35,889 nt of DNA, from NCBI GenBank assembly GCA_009773975.1, contig VSMX01000001.1, positions 1 to 35,889 on the forward strand. The letters are read 5' to 3'. Made by a program: the position numbers and the translations under genes. The DNA is from Desulfovibrio sp. (GTDB lineage Bacteria > Desulfobacterota > Desulfovibrionia > Desulfovibrionales > Desulfovibrionaceae). Shown piece after piece: positions 28,097-35,889 of the stretch (positions are counted from its first letter, which is position 1; each line of letters starts with the position of its first letter). The notes below the pieces were generated by a model. It was not told the origin of the DNA. It ran no database searches and was given only the letters and a program-made list of their open reading frames with translations.

Positions 28097-29113
28097 CTAC
28101 CTTGATTTCTGATCCCGGCTGGCCATGATTTTTTCAAAGTGGGCCGGGAGCGCGGCCTCCAGGCCGAAGTTTCGCATTACATCGCGCCTTGCGCTGGCGC
28201 CGATCTTTTCGAGATTGGGATCTTCCAGGCTTTTAAGGACGCCCTGGCCGCGCCTGATGCGCAGGCAGTTCACGCCGGGCCTGAAAAAAGGATTGGCGCA
28301 ATCGGTCATTACCGCAACGCCTGCGCTCATGGCCAGCAGAAGCTCGACCGGGATGCCGGAACCTTTTGCGGGACGCACATAGACGCTTGCAGCGGAGAAA
28401 ATTTCGCGCAGTCTCTCGAATGTGGGATTGACTTCAAGATTTACATTTTCGGGAACCACGCCCTCTTCCTCCAGCTTTTTCCGGACATTGCGGCCCGGCA
28501 GCAAAATTGTCACCCCCGACAGGTCCTCCGCGCCCGCAATATTTTTGAGAAGCGAGACCAGCGGCTGGCTTACAAAGCCGAAAATGATATTTTTGCCGCG
28601 CCTGACGCCGACCGGCCGGAAATAGTCCGTATCGACGGCCAGCGGCGCCCGCAAGATGCCGGGAAAGCCTTCCCAGGCAAAGGAGATGTCGGCCATCCTT
28701 GTCTGCACTGCGTGGAGGATGTCCCTAAATTTCGCATCCGCGGCGTTCGGGACGCGCTCGATATAGTGAACGAGAAAAGCTTCGGGAAAAGCCTGCCTGA
28801 GGCATAATCCGGCCCCGCTCACGGACGAGTTCAGGATTATGTCGGGCACAAAACCCGTGGCGCGGACTGTTTCGAGGGTGGAGAGGGCCTGTTTGCCTTT
28901 CTGGACTGCGTCTTCCCACTGACCCATTATTCCGCCGGCAGTTTCACGCCGGGACGAAGCCCGGAAATGCACGCGCCGCACGCCGCGCAGTTCGGAACAT
29001 TGCCAGGGCGCGCTGCTTACAATCATGACTTCGGCATTGGCCCGGGCGTTGAGCCATGAGGCCAGCGCGTACATCCGGTGGCTGAAAATGTGGCAGAATA
29101 TCAGGTAACGCAT
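28097..29113 (-). CDS. Degenerate glycosyltransferase family 4 protein
   Basis: GT-B layout: MRYLI.., GFVPDIIL, LRQAFPEA, VDTDYFRP, AMSAG, KIGASARR. Confidence 0.7.
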   Translation of the reverse strand: MRYLIFCHIFSHRMYALASWLNARANAEVMIVSSAPWQCSELRGVRRVHFRASSRRETAGGIMGQWEDAVQKGKQALSTLETVRATGFVPDIILNSSVSGAGLCLRQAFPEAFLVHYIERVPNAADAKFRDILHAVQTRMADISFAWEGFPGILRAPLAVDTDYFRPVGVRRGKNIIFGFVSQPLVSLLKNIAGAEDLSGVTILLPGRNVRKKLEEEGVVPENVNLEVNPTFERLREIFSAASVYVRPAKGSGIPVELLLAMSAGVAVMTDCANPFFRPGVNCLRIRRGQGVLKSLEDPNLEKIGASARRDVMRNFGLEAALPAHFEKIMASRDQKSR

Positions 29114-29158
29114 GATTCTTCCGTGGTTTGCTGGTAAAAACAAAGTCTGCGGATATGG

Positions 29159-29192
29159 AAGGGCCGGAGCGGCGTTGGCCGCCCCGGCCCTT
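29159..29192. terminator. GC-rich hairpin between the adhesin and the glycosyltransferase
   Basis: AAGGGCCGGaGCGGC-GTTG-GCCGCcCCGGCCCTT; no long T tract on the minus strand. Confidence 0.5.
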
Positions 29193-29234
29193 GCTGGTTT
29201 GAGCTGTTATGTCATTACCGGTTTGCGTTCCACA

Positions 29235-32200
29235 TTAAACGTTGCCTTCGCTGATTATGGTCTGGGTTACAACCGTGTCAAAATCCATTGACGTTTCGGA
29301 GCCAAGGCTCGAAGGCGTGTTGCTGATCGCTTCCGAAATCGTTTCCGCATGTTCGAACCTGCTGTCCGAGGCATTGTCTGAAGACGACGTGCCGGGCTTG
29401 CCTGCCGCGACCTTTGCGGACGAGCCGGAATCGCCGTCATCGTCTGTCTTCTGCTTCACGGCGTCAGCCTTTGCGCTTTCCTTTATGGCCGCGCTGTTAT
29501 TTGCGGAGGAAGCATCGTCATCCCCGCTGCCGCGCCTGTCATCCGCATCCTCACGTTCGGGAGCCTTTGATGGCGCCTTTGCCGGCTTGACTTCGGCGCG
29601 GGATTCCTGTTCTTCCGCCTTCACCTCTTTCTGCAAGTCGCTGGTTGTCGTCGTGGACGAATCTGTATCAAAATCGGACTTGTCGGCAACGGTGTCAGTC
29701 TTGTCACCGGTTTCGACATCAGAATCGTCATTCTTTTCGTCAGTCTTGTTTTCGGCAGGGCCATTGTCAGCCGTCTTCTGGCTGTCGTCCGTCCTGTCCC
29801 CGGGCAGGTCATTTTCCGTTCGGGCGGAATCTTCCGGCTCGGAAGTCTTGTCTGTTTCGGAAGACTTGTCTGAAGAGACATCGGTCTTTTCGTTTTCTTC
29901 CCCGGCCTCTTCGTCTTTACTGGTTTCGCCTTCTGTTTCGGCAACCTTGCTTTCGGCCTCTTCGGCAGTGTCGGCTTCATCGGAAGTTACGCCGTCCACG
30001 ATTTCCGTGTTCTGATCCTGGGCATCGGCAACTTCGTCCGTAACGGCATCCGGAGTTACGCCGGCATCGGGATTTGCGACGGGTGTTGCGGCAGGCTCAT
30101 TGCCTTCCGCATCCTGGCGGCCGGTTTCCCCGGTCTTGACATCCTTGCCGCCCAGGGCGTTGACGCCGTCAAACGCAAGCTCTTCATCCACATGGTCCAT
30201 CGTGGCCGCTGTTTCGCCATTGGCATCCACAGACTGCGCATACTCTAATCTGTCTCCTGACAGGGTGGTTTCCAGCGTCAAATGCTGGTCTCCATTATTG
30301 TATTCGAACTTGCCTGTAACAAAAGAACCGGATTCATTGGTGCCTTTGAAGCTCCACTTGTCGCTCAGCGAAAGCTTGCTGTCATTGGTAACTTCATCCG
30401 TCTTTACCTCAACGCCATACTTCGCAAGGTCGGCCAGGCTGGTTATGCCGGCCACGCCGCCGGAGAGCAGCACTTCGACGTCATTGACCATGGGCTTTGA
30501 AGGATCCCTGGGCTTGCCATCCGAACCGGCATTGTCCAGGAGATCGGCAAGACTTGGCGCATCCTGTCCGTTTACTGTCTCGGCCAGAATAATGTCAATG
30601 TCACTACCATCGCCGCCGCCGTCAATCAGGAAGTCGTCGGGATTGAGCTTGATGATATCGTTGCCTTCGCCGCCGTAGATTTCGTCCTTGCCCTGGCCGC
30701 CATCAAGGTAATCGTTGCCATCCCCGCCGAAGAGCTTGTCATTGCCGTCGCCGCCGAAGAGCTTGTCGTTACCAAGGCCGCCCTGCAGTGTGTCATTGCC
30801 GTCCAATCCATAAAGAGTATGGATGTCATCGGTTGTATGCAGCTCATTGCTTTTTGAATCACCAACCACGGCAAGATCAACATGGGTGTCTGAACCTTTC
30901 GCGACTTCAATTGTTACTTTCTGTTCCTTGCCGGCCGAATCTTTTACTGTTCCGGTATAAGTCTTGCTGTCGCCGTTTTCATCAGCCTTCCATATATCAT
31001 TGTCCAGAATCACCTGCTGGTCGCTGTCAATGATTATGCCGTATGCGCCAAGCGCGGCGGCCACATCCATCCCGGCGGAGGCATCCAGCTTGCCGGTTTC
31101 CGTGCGGAGCATGATGTCGATATTCTTGACTTCTGGCCGGGTTTCGCCATCTTCCGACTTGCCGTTCAGCAATTCGTCCAGCTTCGGTGCATCTTTCGTG
31201 GCCACCAGGATGTTTACGCCCGTGCCGCCGTCAACGATTTTGTCCGCGTCGTCATAGATCAGCACATCGTTGCCCGAACCGCCGAAGAGCGCGTCCGAAC
31301 CCGTGCCGCCATCGAGGTAATCGTTGCCCGAACCGCCAAAGAGGAAGTCGTTGCCATCCCCGCCATGCAGCCGGTCATTGCCGCCCATGCCGAGCAGGAC
31401 GTCATCGCCCTTGCCGCCATATAGCTTGTCGTTGCCGTCGTCCTGGCCTTCGAAATCAGCTGTTTCAAGTTTATTGGCTACACCTTCCAGTTGAGTATTG
31501 TTCATTTTGCCCAGGGCTTCCACAATCTTGCCGGCATCAGCTTTTTCTGCTCCTACAGCATTTGCCAGGTCGTTCAATGTCCCGGTGCTTGTTTTATCAT
31601 CATTGACCGGCGCATATCCGTCGCCAATCAGCACATCGTTTCCTGCCATGCCGAAAAGCATATCGTTGTGCGCGCCGCCCACAAGAGCGTCATTGCCGCC
31701 GGCAACTCCGAGATTGTCAATTTTTTCGGCAAATTTGTCGGCATCAGTCCAGATTTTGGCGGCTATGTCGGCGAAAGAATCATTTTCCTGTTTCTTGTCC
31801 ACTCCTGCCAGATCATATAGTTTGTCTTCATTTGTAACACCTGAACCCGAGGCCACAAGGCTGTCGCCAAACATCAGATCATCACCGGTACCACCATAGA
31901 TATAATCCGCCACTTCACGTTGGATGCTGTTCTCTATGGCCTGCTGGAATTGTGATTGCTGTTTGTCATAGTTTTCTTCCCAATTATCTATGACAACATT
32001 GTTATGATCACCTTCGGAGGCCATTTCATCAACGTCAGTTCCGTAATTTCCTTCTTTCCCATGTCCGAATTTGATAACGGTAATGGTGACTGGCAACCCA
32101 TCATTGGTTTTCATATCGTTTGCCAGATCTTTCGCAGCATTTTCAGCGCTTTCGCAGGGGTCATCAATTTTACCGCCGGTTGGTCCATTATGATTATAAA

Positions 32201-35200
32201 CATCGCCACCGCTGCCCTGGGCAATAAAAGGCGCAAAATAGCCGCCATTTGGCGCATCGGGATCTGAAACCCAATCCATTACAACCGGAACGGAGTCCAT
32301 AAGATGGGTGCCATTATGCAGATCGGTTTCGCTGCCAAAATAATGTTTCAATTGGCTTGCAGCCTGTTCATCTTTTAAAAGCTCATTTATACCGCAAACC
32401 AGACCGAGTGGATTTATTACAAGATACTGGGTTCCTCCATTTCCATTATCAAGAGCAACCAAACCATATTGCCCCTGCTTCCAACCGACACTGCTCCAAT
32501 TGCCAGTTACCGATCCGTCTTCGCTGGCCCAGTGTCCCCACCCAGTCTCTTGCTCATTTACGATCCAATAGTCTTTTATTGCCCCAAGATCATAGGCAAA
32601 ACTTTGGCCATTGGCACCATTCCATTGATTAAAATAATTATCTTTTCCAGTGATCTGCGTATTGGAAGTGGTTGCTCCCCCATCGCCAAGCAAGAATACC
32701 TGATTTACAGGATTGTTTTGTGAATTTTCGCCTCTGAGCGTATGCAGCCAACCGTTGGCCCAGCCAAGCGCGTTATCAGTATTTGTCGTGGCATACACAT
32801 AGCCTGAATCTTTTTCACTCAAAGCCGTATTCATATTATATACAATACTTCCGACAAAAGTATCCCGTAAACCTTCAAACCATGTTTCCACATTTCCGTC
32901 TGTAGTATTTTCAGGAGAAGTCCAGTTATTTGGCTTTAAATCCGCCAAATTACCCATTGTCGGCTTCCCGAGGCTCAAGTCCTTATTAAGTGTTGGAGAT
33001 GTGGATTGAAAATTCTGATATGTAACCTTTGCAATGGGCTTGCCTGTATCATCATAACCATCACAAGTTATATTAAAGCATCCGCTGGCTTCTATTTTGA
33101 CATCATAACCGGCAAGAAGCACATTATATTCCTGTCCCGGTTTAATAGTCTCCATTACAGATTTTACATAGTCAAATGTCTGGTCTATGCTATTGTATAA
33201 CTCCGTATAATCATAATATTTCTGTCCATTTGGACCTTCCCCTTTATAATAATGATTACCGTCGTTATCTGCAAACGATAACTCCTTATTATCTTGCGTT
33301 TGCAAACCATCATATTTGGCGTCATCAGGCAGAGTATCAATATACTTTGCACTCCCGCTACCTGCCAAATCGTACAAAAATACCATATTATAACTGGCTT
33401 CGCCTGTTCCGCCAAATGTCACACCCTGGCCAACAACAATATTGTCAACTTCATCCGTTGGATTACCATTATCGTCAGTACCAGGCTTGCCATCCGGAAT
33501 AAACGGTGTGTCAGGCGTTTCGGAACCGGGAAGCGGATCGTCAGGATTTTCAGGATCGGGTTTGGTGTCAACTTTTGGAGTTTCCTCAAATGTCGTCGGA
33601 TTGATCTTCTCGCTGACATCTGCGTTGGCCACGTCGCCGTCAGCGTCCGTCACCTTGAAGTTGAAATTGTATTCGAGCTTGTTTTCCGTGCTCTGGTTGA
33701 GGGCCTTGTCATGTGAAAAATATTCAAAAGTGAACTTGCCACCGTCCTGCGTTGACGGATCCATAGATACTACAATCTTACCTGTGGCATCACAGAAATC
33801 GTACTGATTTGTTTTCTCATTCCATTGCCCGTGAAGCTCTTGCTTCGTACCTTCCCCACCATCTATCGGATTACCATCAAGATCGGTCGGCCTGGTAGTG
33901 ATTACAAGGTCAACCTGAGTTTGGCCGTCAAACAAATTCTGTGAATTGTCCGCGCCAAAATCGAACTCGCCGGAACCCTTGATGAAATAATTATGGTTCT
34001 CGTAAGACAGATCCTGATCAACGCTGATCACCGGCACACTGTCGTGTATCTCGACAGTCAGCTTGCCATTAGTGACATCGGGCTTGCCGTCCTTGCCGGG
34101 AACATTGTCTGTTACCGTGATATCGATGGCATCGCCAAAGATGGCTTCGTCCCGGGAGCTACCATCCGGGTTATGTCCGTTTTTGTCGTGTTCCTTGATT
34201 TCTTTAAGCTCGTATGTGAAATGGACATTCCAGATGTCATGGCCGGAGGCGTCCTTGCCAGGCGTTACATCAACAATATTGATATGGACGCCATTGACAT
34301 CAAAGGTTGTATTGTAGTCTTCCCTGAAGCTCCAGGATGGATCATCACCTTCGACAATATCAAGAACGACCCTGGTGCCGCCATAAACCAGTTCGACAGA
34401 GCCGCCTTCGCCGTTCAGATTGACATCGAAAGTGCGGTCGATGACAACCTTGCCGTCAGCATCAATATTTGTGTGGCCGTGGGAATTGTGGACGTTGGAG
34501 CCTCCGGGCCTGCCGATGAATGAATCTTCATCGGTCACGACTGTAGCGCCGCTCATATTGGGAATGAACGGAGAATCCTCGCCCTTGTCGGGATAATCAT
34601 CCGGGTCGGGCTTATCTGGATCAGGATTGGGATCCGGATTATCTGGATCAGGATTTTCCGGATCTGGGGTTGGTTCAGGCTGCGGATCCACTTTCACAGT
34701 CGGTTCGGGAGAATCCGGATCCGTGGGCGGCGTAACCGGAGGATTTTCCGGCGGAGTCGTGGGTGGAGTAGTGGGCGGCGTAACCGGAGGATTTTCCGTA
34801 TCTTCCGGCGGCGTAACCGGAGGATTTTCCGGCGGAGTCGTGGGCGGAGTAGTTGGCGGCGTAACCGACGTTGTTGGCGGCACGACAGGCTCGTAAGGGG
34901 GATTGTTGTCCACGGGCGGCGTGTAGGGCGGAGTCACAGGATCGTGCGGCGGGTTGTAATCCGCCGGCGGGGTCGGTTCCGGGCGATAGATTGGCTCGTA
35001 AACCGGCCTGTCAACGGGCGTTTCGGGCCGCAGGTCTGGCAGATCGTGGCTCGGGGCGTCGCGGTCGGGCGTATCGACGGTCGGGATGTCGGCGCGGGCC
35101 AGAGTGTTGGCCGGCGGATTCTGGCCGTCAAGATCGTCTTGCCTGCCCCAGCTGTTGAATTCATCCTCATGGTCGAAGGCGCGGTTCATTCCCCAGTCCA

Positions 35201-35576
35201 GCTGCCAGAGGTGGTCGATGCCTTCCGCAAGGGCCATGCTGTCGTAAGCGTGGTAACGGGCGTTTGCCGCGTCGCCGCCGGTCCCCGGTCCGGCGGCTGG
35301 CAGCAGATCCGGCTCATTCATGGCCGTGAAGAAATCCTGCGCGGCAACTTCCACGTCGTCCATCACAAAGGACGGCAAATTCTCCTCGTCATATTCGCTG
35401 TAAAAATCCTGCAGGCTTATTTGCGCGCCGTCGGGAAAATTGATTACAAGATTGTCGCCGTCCCGCAAAAGGGTTGCGTCGGGCGTGGGAAATTCGAAAA
35501 CAAAACGCGCCCCCGGCTCGCTTGGAATATTCTCGCCAATCCCGGCCGCCGGTTTTGCTATCCTGATATCCGCCAT
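29235..35576 (-). CDS. Giant LapA-like RTX / type I-secreted adhesin (2113 aa)
   Basis: AAGGAG RBS; no Sec signal; N-terminal domain plus PAAG, Pro/Thr/Asp linker, Ig-like segments (IHDSVP, FDFGAD, VTDADGD), vWA-like domain, two clusters of GGxGxDxL nonapeptides. Confidence 0.9.
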   Translation of the reverse strand: MADIRIAKPAAGIGENIPSEPGARFVFEFPTPDATLLRDGDNLVINFPDGAQISLQDFYSEYDEENLPSFVMDDVEVAAQDFFTAMNEPDLLPAAGPGTGGDAANARYHAYDSMALAEGIDHLWQLDWGMNRAFDHEDEFNSWGRQDDLDGQNPPANTLARADIPTVDTPDRDAPSHDLPDLRPETPVDRPVYEPIYRPEPTPPADYNPPHDPVTPPYTPPVDNNPPYEPVVPPTTSVTPPTTPPTTPPENPPVTPPEDTENPPVTPPTTPPTTPPENPPVTPPTDPDSPEPTVKVDPQPEPTPDPENPDPDNPDPNPDPDKPDPDDYPDKGEDSPFIPNMSGATVVTDEDSFIGRPGGSNVHNSHGHTNIDADGKVVIDRTFDVNLNGEGGSVELVYGGTRVVLDIVEGDDPSWSFREDYNTTFDVNGVHINIVDVTPGKDASGHDIWNVHFTYELKEIKEHDKNGHNPDGSSRDEAIFGDAIDITVTDNVPGKDGKPDVTNGKLTVEIHDSVPVISVDQDLSYENHNYFIKGSGEFDFGADNSQNLFDGQTQVDLVITTRPTDLDGNPIDGGEGTKQELHGQWNEKTNQYDFCDATGKIVVSMDPSTQDGGKFTFEYFSHDKALNQSTENKLEYNFNFKVTDADGDVANADVSEKINPTTFEETPKVDTKPDPENPDDPLPGSETPDTPFIPDGKPGTDDNGNPTDEVDNIVVGQGVTFGGTGEASYNMVFLYDLAGSGSAKYIDTLPDDAKYDGLQTQDNKELSFADNDGNHYYKGEGPNGQKYYDYTELYNSIDQTFDYVKSVMETIKPGQEYNVLLAGYDVKIEASGCFNITCDGYDDTGKPIAKVTYQNFQSTSPTLNKDLSLGKPTMGNLADLKPNNWTSPENTTDGNVETWFEGLRDTFVGSIVYNMNTALSEKDSGYVYATTNTDNALGWANGWLHTLRGENSQNNPVNQVFLLGDGGATTSNTQITGKDNYFNQWNGANGQSFAYDLGAIKDYWIVNEQETGWGHWASEDGSVTGNWSSVGWKQGQYGLVALDNGNGGTQYLVINPLGLVCGINELLKDEQAASQLKHYFGSETDLHNGTHLMDSVPVVMDWVSDPDAPNGGYFAPFIAQGSGGDVYNHNGPTGGKIDDPCESAENAAKDLANDMKTNDGLPVTITVIKFGHGKEGNYGTDVDEMASEGDHNNVVIDNWEENYDKQQSQFQQAIENSIQREVADYIYGGTGDDLMFGDSLVASGSGVTNEDKLYDLAGVDKKQENDSFADIAAKIWTDADKFAEKIDNLGVAGGNDALVGGAHNDMLFGMAGNDVLIGDGYAPVNDDKTSTGTLNDLANAVGAEKADAGKIVEALGKMNNTQLEGVANKLETADFEGQDDGNDKLYGGKGDDVLLGMGGNDRLHGGDGNDFLFGGSGNDYLDGGTGSDALFGGSGNDVLIYDDADKIVDGGTGVNILVATKDAPKLDELLNGKSEDGETRPEVKNIDIMLRTETGKLDASAGMDVAAALGAYGIIIDSDQQVILDNDIWKADENGDSKTYTGTVKDSAGKEQKVTIEVAKGSDTHVDLAVVGDSKSNELHTTDDIHTLYGLDGNDTLQGGLGNDKLFGGDGNDKLFGGDGNDYLDGGQGKDEIYGGEGNDIIKLNPDDFLIDGGGDGSDIDIILAETVNGQDAPSLADLLDNAGSDGKPRDPSKPMVNDVEVLLSGGVAGITSLADLAKYGVEVKTDEVTNDSKLSLSDKWSFKGTNESGSFVTGKFEYNNGDQHLTLETTLSGDRLEYAQSVDANGETAATMDHVDEELAFDGVNALGGKDVKTGETGRQDAEGNEPAATPVANPDAGVTPDAVTDEVADAQDQNTEIVDGVTSDEADTAEEAESKVAETEGETSKDEEAGEENEKTDVSSDKSSETDKTSEPEDSARTENDLPGDRTDDSQKTADNGPAENKTDEKNDDSDVETGDKTDTVADKSDFDTDSSTTTTSDLQKEVKAEEQESRAEVKPAKAPSKAPEREDADDRRGSGDDDASSANNSAAIKESAKADAVKQKTDDDGDSGSSAKVAAGKPGTSSSDNASDSRFEHAETISEAISNTPSSLGSETSMDFDTVVTQTIISEGNV
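30655..31900 (-). repeat. RTX Ca2+-binding nonapeptide repeat clusters within the adhesin
   Basis: GGKGDDVLL, GMGGNDRLH, GGDGNDFLF, GGSGNDYLD and others; near-identical tandem GNDKLFGGD x2 around 30720-30775. Confidence 0.92.
34726..34867 (-). repeat. Direct DNA repeats encoding the Pro/Thr stalk
   Basis: GGCGGCGTAACCGGAGGATTTTCC at 34726, 34774 and 34807, partial at 34855; 81-bp duplication period. Confidence 0.9.
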
Positions 35577-35889
35577 CTTCTTTTACTCCTTCCAGAAAAA
35601 CCATGAACAGGTTCGCCGGCGGGGCAAACAAAACAGCCCGCCACCGGTCTTGATTCGGCGCGGGCCAGGATGCTCGGGACAAAAGCAAAAAAAAAGAGAA
35701 CACCGGAATCCGCGCGACTGTAAATATAAAACCACTGAAAAAGCGAAATTATAACAGTCGAGACCCAGATCCATTAGGGTTCTCTGCCAATCGGCCTGTT
35801 GATTGGGGGAAGGAAGACTGGATTAAAATTATGCTTTTGTCTATTAAAATAGTTCAAATTTTGCGCAACGATCTTTTTGACATAACGGG

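Noticed and set aside
34560..34990. CRISPR-like array
   Set aside because: Repeats are in-frame Pro/Thr codons with no unique spacers and no cas genes

Overview
Chromosomal window from a GC-rich Desulfovibrionaceae-like bacterium; the taxon is inferred from the DVU0772-family gene, the futalosine-pathway gene mqnB and the gene order. Bases 1-28,000 are mostly housekeeping genes: a VKOR-thioredoxin fusion, a PilZ protein, alr, cysK, a menaquinone cluster (ubiE/menG, mqnB, polyprenyl synthase), YitT and TauE transporters, pyrBC, amrB, a SAM methyltransferase, ribD-ribE-ribH-nusB-leuS-holA, a chorismate mutase/AroA-like fusion, a cupin and tRNA-Thr(CGT). The right end holds a 2113-aa LapA-like RTX/T1SS adhesin followed by a degenerate GT4 glycosyltransferase. 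The adhesin has a PAAG cleavage site, a Pro/Thr stalk, an AT-rich vWA-like cassette, a duplicated RTX module and an acidic tail. Most notable: the mosaic adhesin; the CM-AroA fusion that has lost its AroA catalytic motifs; a promoter/leader-ORF/terminator attenuator candidate before pyrB; a second promoter-terminator leader before a MucR-N-like microprotein and ubiE; missing ribBA and lptE; a yjbQ remnant; and a small foreign-looking remnant 3' of the tRNA. All family calls are by motif recognition only; no searches or folding computations were run.
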